The notes under the pieces were generated by a model that saw only the letters and a list, made by a program, of their open reading frames with translations, was not told the DNA's origin and ran no database searches. The position numbers and the translations under genes are program-made. This document shows positions 1-9,324 of a DNA stretch of 64,000 nucleotides, piece by piece. Numbering within the stretch: the first letter of the stretch is position 1; every line of letters starts with the position of its first letter. Location of the stretch: contig CAVYYP010000006.1 of NCBI GenBank assembly GCA_963772765.1, positions 26,091-90,090 of the forward strand, written 5' to 3'. This DNA comes from Candidatus Bathyarchaeota archaeon. GTDB lineage: Archaea > Thermoproteota > Bathyarchaeia > Bathyarchaeales > Bathyarchaeaceae.

Positions 1-1060
1 GTAGTCCCATGATTGCGTACTCGATTTGTGATGGAAACACGTTGACTCCGCGGATTATCATCATGTCGTCTGAGCGTCCGCGTATTCTCATCATTCTGGA
101 GTGGGTTCTTCCGCACTCGCATGTTTCTGTTTGGACTACAGAGATGTCTCTTGTCCTGAATCTTAGAATGGGCAGACCAGTTTTGGTGAGTGTAGTAAAG
201 ACCAGTTCGCCTTCTTCGCCTGCTGGTATCACTTCACCTGTTTTCGGGTCTATTGTCTCGATAAGAAAGTGGTCTTCCCAGATGTGCAAGCCATTATGCT
301 CTGGACACTCTACAGATACTCCAGGACCGCACAGTTCGGTGAGTCCGTAAATGTCAAAGGCTTCAATTTTCAGCTCTTTTTCGATTCTTTCTCTTATTCT
401 TTCAGACCATGGCTCGGCTCCAAAGTGCCCCATCCTTATTTTTAGGTCTTTTTCTGGGTCAATTCCAATCTGTGCCATGGTTTCTGCAAGATATATTGCA
501 TAACTGGGAGTGCAGCACAGAACGGTTGAGCCGAGGTCTTTCATGAGTTTTATTTGTCGTTCTGTCATTCCGCCGCTGATGGGAAGTACTGTTGTTCCTA
601 TCTTTTTGGCGCCATAATGAAATCCTAAACCGCCTGTGAATAGCCCGTAGCCGTAGGCGTTATGCATGACGTCTTCTTTTCGTACTCCCGTGGCATAGAG
701 TGATCTTGCCATGAGTTCTGTCCATACGGTCATGTCGTTTGGGGTGTATGCTCCGACTACGGGGTTTCCTGTTGTTCCTGATGATGCGTGTAATTCGATG
801 ATGTCTACGAGGGGAACTGTTAGCATTCCGTAGGGATAGTTGTCTCTTAGGGCATTTTTTGATGTAAACGGAATCTTTTGTGCGTCTTCTAGCGTTTTTA
901 TGTCGTCTGGTGTTACGTTTGCTTCTTTGAATTGGCTGTTATAGAATTTTGAGTTTTCATAACAGTATTTGACTTGGGTTTTGAGCAGTTTTAGTTGCTG
1001 CTTTTCTATTTCGGTTCGGGTTGCGGTTTCAATTTTTTTGTTCCAGTACATGTTAGCCAT
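1..1060 (-). CDS. paaK: phenylacetate-CoA ligase family adenylate-forming enzyme (PaaK-like), 3' end cut by window edge
   Basis: Missing from the ORF track because it runs off the edge. My minus-strand translation from ATG 1060-1058 gives MANMYWNKKIETATRTEIEKQQLKLLKTQVKYCYENSKFYN...ELHASSGTTGNPVVGAYT...DIYGLTE...RFRTRDI, 353 uninterrupted codons with the SSGTTG AMP-binding loop. ORF 9..350(+) is its antisense shadow. Confidence 0.85.
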   Translation of the reverse strand, partial: MANMYWNKKIETATRTEIEKQQLKLLKTQVKYCYENSKFYNSQFKEANVTPDDIKTLEDAQKIPFTSKNALRDNYPYGMLTVPLVDIIELHASSGTTGNPVVGAYTPNDMTVWTELMARSLYATGVRKEDVMHNAYGYGLFTGGLGFHYGAKKIGTTVLPISGGMTERQIKLMKDLGSTVLCCTPSYAIYLAETMAQIGIDPEKDLKIRMGHFGAEPWSERIRERIEKELKIEAFDIYGLTELCGPGVSVECPEHNGLHIWEDHFLIETIDPKTGEVIPAGEEGELVFTTLTKTGLPILRFRTRDISVVQTETCECGRTHSRMMRIRGRSDDMMIIRGVNVFPSQIEYAIMGL

Positions 1061-1075
1061 GATAAAAGTCTCCAA

Positions 1076-1780
1076 TTATAGGCCCAAATAGACTTCCTTG
1101 ATGTGGCGGTTTGTTAGCAGTTCTCTCCCTTCGCCTTCTATAATAATTTTACCTTCTTCCAAGACGTAGCCTCTGTCTGCGATATTTAGTGAGTCGCGGA
1201 TGTTCTGCTCTACAAGTAGGACGGCTACGCCTTCATCATTTATCTGTCGTAGAGTGTCTAGGACTTTGGCTACAATTATTGGCGCCAAGCCCAGCGAGGG
1301 TTCGTCGAGAATTAGTAGTTCTGGTTTTGACATTAGGCTTCTGCCGATGACCAGCATTTGTTGTTCGCCGCCGCTTAGGGTCTGTGCCATTGCTTTTTCT
1401 TTCTTTTTTAGAACTGGAAAGATTTGGTAAATTCTTTCTTGGGTATCCTTGACTTGCTGTTTGTCTGATATTGTGTATGCGCCTAGCAGGATGTTTTCTT
1501 CGACTGTCATTCTGGGGAAGATTTCTCGTCCTTCTGGGATTAGGCTGATTTTTTTCTTTACAATTTGGTATGGGGGCAGGTTTTCGATGTTTTCGCCCTT
1601 GAACTGGATGGTTCCAGTGTTTGTGGGCAGTAGTCCGGTGATTGTTTTGACGAGTGTTGTTTTGCCTGCTCCGTTTGGACCTATTATGCTTACTATCTCT
1701 TTTTCTTTTATCTTAAAGGAGACGTTCCATAGGATTTGGATTAGTCCGTATCCTGAGGAGACATTTTTTGCTTCCAGCAT
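1076..1780 (-). CDS. livF: branched-chain amino acid ABC transporter ATP-binding protein (LivF type)
   Basis: Walker A GPNGAGKTT, signature LSGGEQQM, Walker B LLILDEPS, and the C-terminal KEVYLG typical of LivF. Its start overlaps the livG stop at 1780. Confidence 0.85.
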   Translation of the reverse strand: MLEAKNVSSGYGLIQILWNVSFKIKEKEIVSIIGPNGAGKTTLVKTITGLLPTNTGTIQFKGENIENLPPYQIVKKKISLIPEGREIFPRMTVEENILLGAYTISDKQQVKDTQERIYQIFPVLKKKEKAMAQTLSGGEQQMLVIGRSLMSKPELLILDEPSLGLAPIIVAKVLDTLRQINDEGVAVLLVEQNIRDSLNIADRGYVLEEGKIIIEGEGRELLTNRHIKEVYLGL

Positions 1781-2532
1781 TATAATTCCTCGTCAAATTG
1801 GAATTTTTTGCCCAAGTAGACTTTTATGACGTTTTCGTCGTTGCATACTTCTTTGGGGTTGCCTTCGCATATTTTTTCGCCGTGATGCAATACGGCTACG
1901 GTGTCGCAGAGTCCCATTATTACTCTCATGATGTGCTCTACTATGAGCACTGTTACTCCTTGCTTGTTGATTTTCTTTATCAATTTGATTGCTTCGTCGC
2001 TTTCTTTTGGCGTTAAACCAGTAAGAAGCTCATCCAAAAGCAGAAGTTTGGGTGATGTGGCTAAGGCTCTTGCGAGCTGTACTCGTCTTAGTTCGATTAC
2101 GTTCAGGTTTTTGGCTAGAGTATCGAACTTGTCTTCGCCTATACCTACAAAGTGTAGGAGTTCTTTTGCTTCGTTTAGATGGTCGTGATGTTCTTCTGTT
2201 TTTCTTCCAAACAGGGCGCCTAGGTACACGTTGTTTAATGCGGTCATTTCAGCGAAAGATTGGACGGTTTGGGATGTTTTTGTGATGCCTTTTGCGCAGA
2301 TTTGGTGTGGCGGAAGCTTTGAGATGTCTTCGTTTAGAAATTCGACTATGCCTGTGTCTGGTTTGTATACTCCGCTAATCACGTTCAGTAACGTGGATTT
2401 GCCTGAGCCGTTGGGTCCTACAAGCCCTGTTATCTGGTTCTCTTCAACGGTAAAGTTTACCTTTTTTAGGGCTTTTAGACCGCCAAACTCTTTTGAAACA
2501 TCAATGCACCGAAGCAAGTCTGTAGTCTCCAA
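1780..2532 (-). CDS. livG: branched-chain amino acid ABC transporter ATP-binding protein (LivG type)
   Basis: GPNGSGKST Walker A, LARALATSPKLLLLDE, and a C-terminal extension ending VIKVYLG. Translationally coupled to livF. Confidence 0.85.
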   Translation of the reverse strand: METTDLLRCIDVSKEFGGLKALKKVNFTVEENQITGLVGPNGSGKSTLLNVISGVYKPDTGIVEFLNEDISKLPPHQICAKGITKTSQTVQSFAEMTALNNVYLGALFGRKTEEHHDHLNEAKELLHFVGIGEDKFDTLAKNLNVIELRRVQLARALATSPKLLLLDELLTGLTPKESDEAIKLIKKINKQGVTVLIVEHIMRVIMGLCDTVAVLHHGEKICEGNPKEVCNDENVIKVYLGKKFQFDEEL

Positions 2533-2606
2533 AGTAGAGAATGAAATGTAAGCGACGTGAAAATATAAATATTGTTTGTAACCCTTTTGGTTTTAGGGGA
2601 TTTAGG

Positions 2607-3053
2607 TTGCCGATTAAACAGGTTAGTGTTTTCTTGGATAATAAGCCGGGTGCTTTGTCAGATGTTATTGAGCACATCGACAAGTTTCAAATCAAGATTT
2701 TTGCTTTGTCAATTGCAGATGCAGGAGAATTTGGGTTAATCAGAATGATAACAGAAGACCCGGACAGGGCAATCAAGAACTTGGAAGATGCAGATTTTAT
2801 TCTTGCAAAGTCAAAAAAGAACACCGAAGTAATAGTTGTGCTGATAACAGAAAACGGCAAAGTTTCAGAAATAGCAAAGCTCCTAGCAGACGAAGGGCTG
2901 AACATCGAATATGCGTACTCATCCGCAGTTCTGATAGATGGAAAACTTGCAGTAGTCCTCCGAGTAAACGACCTAGACAAAACAGAAAAAATCCTACTAA
3001 AAAACAGCATACCAATCCTAACACTAGAACAAATCAAAAAAAGCTTCCAATAA
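2607..3053 (+). CDS. ACT domain-containing (amino-acid-binding) protein
   Basis: Two ACT-like halves: VSVFLDNKPGALSDVIEHI... and VVLITENGKVSEIAKLLADEGLNIEYAY. The track ORF starts at 2541. An in-frame TTG at 2607 after a GGGGA/AGG motif gives the usual MxxKQVSVFL N-terminus. Divergent from livG. Confidence 0.7.
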   Translation: MPIKQVSVFLDNKPGALSDVIEHIDKFQIKIFALSIADAGEFGLIRMITEDPDRAIKNLEDADFILAKSKKNTEVIVVLITENGKVSEIAKLLADEGLNIEYAYSSAVLIDGKLAVVLRVNDLDKTEKILLKNSIPILTLEQIKKSFQ

Positions 3054-3348
3054 CAACGCCTCTAACAATCACGGGTTAAATTCGTGAGGAAATTATAGTA
3101 ATGTCGCCATCGGAACATAAGAGATGCTACCAGGGGAAGGATAAAGCAACCCGCGGATGATTTCATCAATCGAGATCGCCTTGAAACGAAGTTAGCGTAA
3201 TAGACGAGTAGATATTTGATTTCAGCATATCGCTTTCTAGATGATTAATCTGCATGCATTGTTAACGTATTCAAAATCGGATGTTTGAAGGCATACATCT
3301 TTAAAGCAGGATATCGATACAAAGATACAGTAAAACGGTGAAGAATTT

Positions 3349-3615
3349 TTGTCGCAGTCAATTTATGGAACTATACTAAACTTTAGGATTGGCATCAGAA
3401 CCCAAAATCCGAAAGAATGCTTAATCAAATTTGAACATATAAAATCCGCCTCTTTAGCAGACCAACTTATCAGCAGAAAAGTGGTTTGGAATCAGGGAGA
3501 CAACAGGATTGTAGGAAGAATTGCGGGATCTCACGGCAAGAATGGCGTAGTTAAGGTGAAGTTCACGAAAGGTGTGCCAGGACAAGCGTTAGGAACAACA
3601 GTTGAACTAATCTAG
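3349..3615 (+). CDS. rpl35ae: 50S ribosomal protein L35Ae (eL33)
   Basis: 88 aa with the characteristic C-terminus GSHGKNGVVKVKFTKGVPGQALGTTVELI. TTG start. Confidence 0.8.
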   Translation: MSQSIYGTILNFRIGIRTQNPKECLIKFEHIKSASLADQLISRKVVWNQGDNRIVGRIAGSHGKNGVVKVKFTKGVPGQALGTTVELI

Positions 3616-3659
3616 TTACAGCACAAAAATACACACGAAAAGTCGTATGCGTTGAAGAT

Positions 3660-3872
3660 TTATTTGGGCGATTGGTAATCTAGGTCTATATATAAATTTT
3701 CATAGCAATCGCTATGATATAGTTTTGATGTTCCCGCATTCCTGTGGCCTTTCACCAATTCACCCATCTTAAGATCGCCTCCACATTTTTTACAAACCAA
3801 TTTACCTTTGAGATGCAAAAGACGGTTGTAGACACCTTTTCTTAAAGTATATTGAATCATGATTTTCACCAA
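3660..3872 (-). CDS. small basic zinc-ribbon-like protein (hypothetical)
   Basis: 70-aa ORF with CKKCGG...HSDC metal-ligand pairs. The real start is probably the internal ATG (MIQYTL). Confidence 0.4.
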   Translation of the reverse strand: MVKIMIQYTLRKGVYNRLLHLKGKLVCKKCGGDLKMGELVKGHRNAGTSKLYHSDCYENLYIDLDYQSPK

Positions 3873-4239
3873 AAAAATTTTGAATGAGAAAGATATTTCG
3901 GGCTCATAGCTTTCCCACTAATCGTCTTCGTCTTCATCTTCATCGTCTTCTTCCCAATCGTCATCTTCTTCTTCAAACATCAAAACAATCCACACCTCTT
4001 ATAGTTGATTCAACAATAACATGAATATCTGGGTTTAGGTTGTAAAATAACCTTTTTTTGTGTCTTAAAACTTAAACTAAACCCATTTCTATCCTGTTTT
4101 AAGATTAATAAGCAAATTTAAGGCATGTGGGTTAAATTTTAACTTTTTATGGTATTCCCTACTGCTTTTTGTTTTTGCCTAGGTAATTTGCTTCTTGAAC
4201 ACAAAATTACCAAGGCAGCGTGCGCTATGTATCTTAGCC

Positions 4240-5223
4240 TTAACTAAAACTAACTACCAAAAATATTGCATAAATTATTAGTAACAGTATTCCTTCTTTT
4301 TTCCCGATTGCAGAATTCTGAATTATGTAACCCAGCACAATATTAGATATTAATGAAAATAATATCAAATCTGAAAAAGCTGGGACATTTACATTTAATG
4401 GTGCAAATATAAAAGTAAATCCTAAAATTAAGGTTATGTTAATGAAACAGCTTCCAATAACATTTCCAAGAGCAAGATCTATGAAACCCTTTCTTACAGA
4501 GTCTACACTTGTTACCAATTCTGGAAAACTAGTTCCAAAAGCTACTATTGTAGCACCCACAATAATTGGTGGGATGCCTGCAGTTAAAGCTAAAAATGAT
4601 GCTGATTCTATTATGAAAAACGAAGAACCCACAATTCCAATTATTCCGACAATAGATTTTATGATGTATTTTTTATGTTCAGATTTCTCGGCAGTATCAG
4701 AAATTTCCTGAACTGTTTCTCTTTTTCTAATAAGGTCATACATGTTAAAAATAAAAAGCCCTATCAAAATAATGCCCATTAGTTGTGTAGCGTATCCAAA
4801 ATAAAGCAGCAACAAGGGCACAATAGAAGCAACAAAAATTCCAAAATTTAAGTTTCCAACTTCATCTCGAGTCATTTTTGTAAAAAATCCTGAACTTTCA
4901 GGATATTTAATAGCCATTATGAGAAATGCGATTCCAAGAATTAAACATATATTCATTATGTTTGATCCTAAAATGTTACCGAGGGAAATACCAATAGTTT
5001 CTTGATTAATAATTGCAAAAGTCGCAACAAAAAGTTCTGGTAACGATGTCGAAAACGCAACTAGCAAAAAACCAACTTTTGTTTTTCCTAACCCAGTAAC
5101 ACTTGCCAAGTTAACTGAATTAGTAATCGTTAAGCCACTAGCTCTAATTAGAACTCCTAATGAAATAGTTAAAACAATAATATTTCCAACTATTCCAAGT
5201 TCTTCTAGAACCATTTCACACAA
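4240..5223 (-). CDS. Ca2+/cation antiporter (CaCA / sodium-calcium exchanger family)
   Basis: About 10 TM helices and two alpha-repeat motifs, GNILGSNIMNI and GNVIGSCFINI. Confidence 0.8.
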   Translation of the reverse strand: MCEMVLEELGIVGNIIVLTISLGVLIRASGLTITNSVNLASVTGLGKTKVGFLLVAFSTSLPELFVATFAIINQETIGISLGNILGSNIMNICLILGIAFLIMAIKYPESSGFFTKMTRDEVGNLNFGIFVASIVPLLLLYFGYATQLMGIILIGLFIFNMYDLIRKRETVQEISDTAEKSEHKKYIIKSIVGIIGIVGSSFFIIESASFLALTAGIPPIIVGATIVAFGTSFPELVTSVDSVRKGFIDLALGNVIGSCFINITLILGFTFIFAPLNVNVPAFSDLILFSLISNIVLGYIIQNSAIGKKEGILLLIIYAIFLVVSFS

Positions 5224-5395
5224 ATCCTATGACTTAAGTTATGTACTGAAAAAACTATTTAAATAGTAATTACGTTAAATTCAAAATAATTTTTATGCGC
5301 GCGTACAATTGAATAAATAGCTAATGATCCAATTATGTATAACGAGTTAGTTTAGATAGACTCGTAATGAAAATTTAAAGGGGAAGAATAAACTT

Positions 5396-5590
5396 TTGCC
5401 AAATAAAAAATGCCCAAAATGTAAACGTACCGTTAGCTTCACTCAATTTCAGTGGAATCTTGGTGCAGAACTACCCAAGGACTGTCCATGGTGCAACAAA
5501 CCAATAGAGAAAAAAGAAGAAAAACCCAAAGAATATTACCCTGAACAGTCCAAAAACAACTATCATTCTTGGCTTCCAAAAGGTGCATAA
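5396..5590 (+). CDS. small zinc-ribbon protein (hypothetical)
   Basis: CPKCKR...CPWCNK pairs; AAGGGGAAG SD-like motif upstream; TTG start. Confidence 0.35.
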   Translation: MPNKKCPKCKRTVSFTQFQWNLGAELPKDCPWCNKPIEKKEEKPKEYYPEQSKNNYHSWLPKGA

Positions 5591-5758
5591 AATTACAAAT
5601 CGGTATGAATAAAGATAATTATCTTAACGCGAGCTTTTTCCTCTTTTTGTTCCACCCAAAATTACACTACATGACACAAAACAACACAAAAAAAGAGAAA
5701 AATATCACAACAAAAGTGATTCCCAAGAATAGAATTCAATGTTCTTGAAATAGTCGTG

Positions 5759-5890
5759 TTATTTCTTCATTTCACCAACTTGCTTTAGTCCCCAGAAGAA
5801 GAGCCCCAAGAATATTCCCAATCCAATAAAGAATATAGCAAGACCAATTGGTGAACCCCAACCTAGCAATATTTCTAATTCTCCCACCAT
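5759..5890 (-). CDS. 43-aa single-TM micro-protein (hypothetical)
   Basis: Below the track cutoff. Own translation: MVGELEILLGWGSPIGLAIFFIGLGIFLGLFFWGLKQVGEMKK. Preceded by a strong SD-like AAGGGGGTGA. Confidence 0.3.
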   Translation of the reverse strand: MVGELEILLGWGSPIGLAIFFIGLGIFLGLFFWGLKQVGEMKK

Positions 5891-6183
5891 ATTTTCACCC
5901 CCTTCTTAAACAAATACTTCAAAGCAATGAAACTGAGATTATAAACTTTGTGAGCCAAATGACGATTCAGAATGTACATTCTAATCAATTAATTAAAAAA
6001 ATGGAAGAAAAAAAAGGTTAACCTTTAATCCAACCAACCAAGACAGGACGACAAAGGACGACAGTTAATTGACGGATCTATACAGATTGTCTCGAATTTT
6101 TTCCTAAATGGTTAATAAGAAATTGATTCTGATCAACGAAAAATAGTTAAATAAATGAATTGTTAAAAATTGGGTAGGTACGT

Positions 6184-8301
6184 TTGTACGTACTCTACAA
6201 AGGTAGGAAACAATCAATTTTGGGGCAAAAGACACTAGAAGATACGCTAAAGGCTTTCGGATTGACTGACAGAGAGACAGAAATATACATCTATTTAGCA
6301 AAGCAAGGAACCCAAAAGATTAGCCAAATTTCTAAGGCTTTGAAAGCCAACAAAGGACTGGTCTATAGGGTCCTAAACAGTTTACAAAATAAAGAGCTAG
6401 TCCAGGTTACTCTTGAATCCCCTACACGTTACATTGCAGTTCCTTTTGAAAAAATAATTGACAATTATATAAAAACAAAACGAGAAGAAGCAGCTCATAT
6501 TGAAGAAAAAAAACAAGATTTACTTTCAGATTGGAAAAAACTTAACCAAACAAATCTTGAACCAACCCTAGAAACATTTTCTGTAATTGAAGGAGAAAAA
6601 AAAGTATTCCGTAAAATATCTCAGATGGTTAAAGAAACAAGAAAGGAATTAGTCTCAATTGCAACAGTTAATGGTTTAATTCAAGCGGAAAAATATGGTG
6701 TCTTAGATACAATAGTAAATCATCCTTCAAAGTCAACGATAAAGTTTCGATATATAACTAATGTTAATAAAGAGAATATAACTTCAATCAAATTCCTGTT
6801 GAGAAGACATAATTCATTTTTTGCGTTAAAAGGAAAATATCCAGATTTACAAGATCATCTATTTACTAGATTGGTAATTAGAGACAAAGAAGAAATAATG
6901 CTATTCATAAATGATCAAAACCAAATAAATTCAACAAACTCGATAGATGCAGTCTTATGTACAAACTGTAAGTCAATCATTCATCCATTTTATGGACTGT
7001 TTGAAGAAATATGGAACAAATCATCAGATATTGAAGATGTTATTGAAGAAATTGAAAATGGAATAACACCAGCAACTATAGAACTAATTAAAGAACCAAG
7101 CAAAGTCAAAAAAGTATACACACAGGCTTTTAATGAAGGAAAAGATGTTTTAATTGTAACTTCATCTAAAGGGCTTCTTGAACTTGAAAAAAATATAAAC
7201 TTGGTAAAAGACCGGCATAAAAATGGGGCATCAACAAGAATATTAGCTCCAATCACAAGCCAAAATCTTGAAGTTGCAAATAAACTCATGCAATATTGTG
7301 AGATAAAGCACATACCTGATGGATATAAGGAGATTACCGTTGTTGATTCTCAAAAACTCTTCATCTTTAATGATTTTCCATTGACCACAAATGATGTCAA
7401 CAAAAGACTCACCTTCAATAATATTTTGTACACTGAGGAAAAAGAACGCATACTCAAAACTAAGAAACGGTTAGAGAATATTTGGCAAAACTCAATAAAT
7501 CCATCACACTTAGCACTGGAATCTATTATCGATCCAATAGAGTCAATCACCCGATCGAAACCAGCTTCAAAAAAACCCTCATCTGAAGTGATATATGATT
7601 ATTTATTGTCTAAACCAGTGATTTATCAAACAAGTCCAGGTGAATTGACTGAGAAAGAAGTTATAAAAGAAATTCTATCTCAAGAAGAGTCAACAAATTC
7701 AAAGAAATCCATCAAATGTTATTGTAAAATTGGACTTGCTGCCATTAATCCACCAATTCATCTTAATCTACCAAAGCTCTTAATTCAAATCACACAGATA
7801 GATAAAAAATCCTCTTTTGGAGCTGAAGATAGGTTAGTGTTCCATCTATGGAAAGAAACAGCGGACGGATTCAAGTATGTACCAGTGGCTATCATAGGAG
7901 ATAACCCCAATTTTCCTGTTGAAATATTAACCAAAGGTCAATATCGTAATACACCTGCAGCAAAGAATTTCCATTTACTTAAAAGAGAAGAAATTCAATT
8001 CCAAATGTACGGAAATACATTCCTTGCAAGTTGGCTTGTTCCTATAAAGCTTGATGACAAATTAGTCTTGCCACCAGGGACCATTATTCTTGAAACATAT
8101 GGAAAAGTTAACACAAAAAAAGTCGTCCTTGAATATCCAAACGGAGCTAAATATAAAATCCTCTACAATAGATTGGATTCATTTATCACATTCATGCATG
8201 GGTCCTCAAAATATGACGGACCAGGAACAGACGGTCTCTTGTTAAGAGATGCATTTATTGAAATATATCTTCCTGAGCAACAAAAGAATCTAAAAAAATA
8301 G
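6184..8301 (+). CDS. TrmB-family HTH transcriptional regulator with a very long C-terminal extension
   Basis: N-terminal LKAFGLTDRETEIYIYLAKQGTQKISQISKALKANKGLVYRVLNSLQNKELV matches the TrmB winged helix. At 705 aa it is about twice the usual length. The exact start is uncertain (TTG 6184 or a downstream TTG). Confidence 0.7.
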   Translation: MYVLYKGRKQSILGQKTLEDTLKAFGLTDRETEIYIYLAKQGTQKISQISKALKANKGLVYRVLNSLQNKELVQVTLESPTRYIAVPFEKIIDNYIKTKREEAAHIEEKKQDLLSDWKKLNQTNLEPTLETFSVIEGEKKVFRKISQMVKETRKELVSIATVNGLIQAEKYGVLDTIVNHPSKSTIKFRYITNVNKENITSIKFLLRRHNSFFALKGKYPDLQDHLFTRLVIRDKEEIMLFINDQNQINSTNSIDAVLCTNCKSIIHPFYGLFEEIWNKSSDIEDVIEEIENGITPATIELIKEPSKVKKVYTQAFNEGKDVLIVTSSKGLLELEKNINLVKDRHKNGASTRILAPITSQNLEVANKLMQYCEIKHIPDGYKEITVVDSQKLFIFNDFPLTTNDVNKRLTFNNILYTEEKERILKTKKRLENIWQNSINPSHLALESIIDPIESITRSKPASKKPSSEVIYDYLLSKPVIYQTSPGELTEKEVIKEILSQEESTNSKKSIKCYCKIGLAAINPPIHLNLPKLLIQITQIDKKSSFGAEDRLVFHLWKETADGFKYVPVAIIGDNPNFPVEILTKGQYRNTPAAKNFHLLKREEIQFQMYGNTFLASWLVPIKLDDKLVLPPGTIILETYGKVNTKKVVLEYPNGAKYKILYNRLDSFITFMHGSSKYDGPGTDGLLLRDAFIEIYLPEQQKNLKK

Positions 8302-8331
8302 CCTAGTTATAAGACAGTAAAAGGTGTTTGA

Positions 8332-8904
8332 ATGCAAAAAACAAGAGATATAACGTTGATTATCTTTTTTGCCGTTTTATCATTCATCTTTTATGCAACA
8401 ATAGGTCAATTGCCTGTCACCATAACTGGAATAAGAGGCATTGGATATGGTTTTCTTATTATTCATGGGATTCCTCAAGCAGTAGCAATGATGTTCTTTG
8501 AAGGTAGAAGATGGAGATTTTTTGCTATGCACACCCTCTTTGCATTTCTTAGTTTACCTACACAATTGGGTGGTGCACCCTTTGATATTATTGGAAGAAT
8601 CCCTTTAATTTTGGTGGGCTTCGTTGCCGATGTTGTAGTAAATAGTTTTTACAAAATAGCCAAGAAAAACGATAAAATCAAGTGGTGGATTACACTCGGC
8701 TCAGCTTTTCGTTGGGCAATTGACCCTTTTATTTTTCTTATCATTATAAACCTACACGTTGCAACTGACATTCTACCTATTTACCTTCCAATATTTCTAC
8801 TATTGACGCCCCTAATTGTTGTCGAAGGTGCAGCTACAGGATATATCGCATACAAAATCTACATTAGAGTCAACAAAACTAGTAATTTAAGAACGAAACA
8901 ATAA
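8332..8904 (+). CDS. polytopic membrane protein (hypothetical)
   Basis: 190 aa, 5-6 hydrophobic helices, AGGTG SD-like motif. Contains no cysteine. Confidence 0.5.
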   Translation: MQKTRDITLIIFFAVLSFIFYATIGQLPVTITGIRGIGYGFLIIHGIPQAVAMMFFEGRRWRFFAMHTLFAFLSLPTQLGGAPFDIIGRIPLILVGFVADVVVNSFYKIAKKNDKIKWWITLGSAFRWAIDPFIFLIIINLHVATDILPIYLPIFLLLTPLIVVEGAATGYIAYKIYIRVNKTSNLRTKQ

Positions 8905-9236
8905 TTATTTGAAGTCAAACGTCTGATTATGTAAAAGGCTGCATCAGCAAATTAGAACGACACACGATACGACTTTTTGCTAGTACACTTTTCTATCGAA
9001 CCATTCTTTTCTAAAGTATGACTTGATATCATTAACTTTTGCAACCTAAAGAAATCTTGGGAACTAGAAGTAAAAAGTTAGAACCATAGGTTGTACATTA
9101 AAATTACTCGTTCCGTGCTACCTCAGAATATGTGTTGTTCCCAGAACAGTGTCTTCTTGTTTTCTCTTGTCTTGTCTAGACTCTCAACTCTCCACTCTCT
9201 GCTCTCCACTCGTCTTTAGAAAACTCACGATCTCAA

Positions 9237-9302
9237 GTCAAAGATTCTTGACAAACAAAATCAGTTATGTTTAGTTAATGTTTCTTGACAAAAACCCTTT
9301 TC
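9237..9302 (+). promoter_or_regulatory. conserved ~65-nt upstream module, copy C
   Basis: GTCAAAGATTCTTGACAAACAAAATCAGTTATGTTTAGTTAATGTTTCTTGACAAAAACCCTTTTC, ending 22 nt before ATG 9325. About 85% identical to copy B in the same gene-relative orientation. Confidence 0.6.
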
Positions 9303-9324
9303 ATATCATCTGACTAAGGTATTA

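Noticed and set aside
3054-3348. A 295-bp ORF-free spacer before rpl35ae with a locally GC-richer stretch (GCCATCGGAAC...CCGCGGATGATTTCATCAATCGAGATCGCC), considered as a C/D-box or other sRNA.
   Set aside because: There is no proper C box (RUGAUGA) and D box (CUGA) pair, no convincing terminal stem and no match to any RNA family I can recognise. I left it unannotated.
3918-3980. A 20-codon poly-acidic micro-ORF (MFEEEDDDWEEDDEDEDEDD) just upstream of the basic zinc-ribbon gene 3660-3872.
   Set aside because: It is too short and too low in complexity to support. It has no SD-like motif and could be a chance GAA/GAT-rich tract.
8332-8904. The membrane protein just upstream of the PEF island as the missing archaeosortase.
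   Set aside because: Archaeosortases and exosortases use a catalytic Cys together with Arg and His. This 190-aa protein has no cysteine at all.
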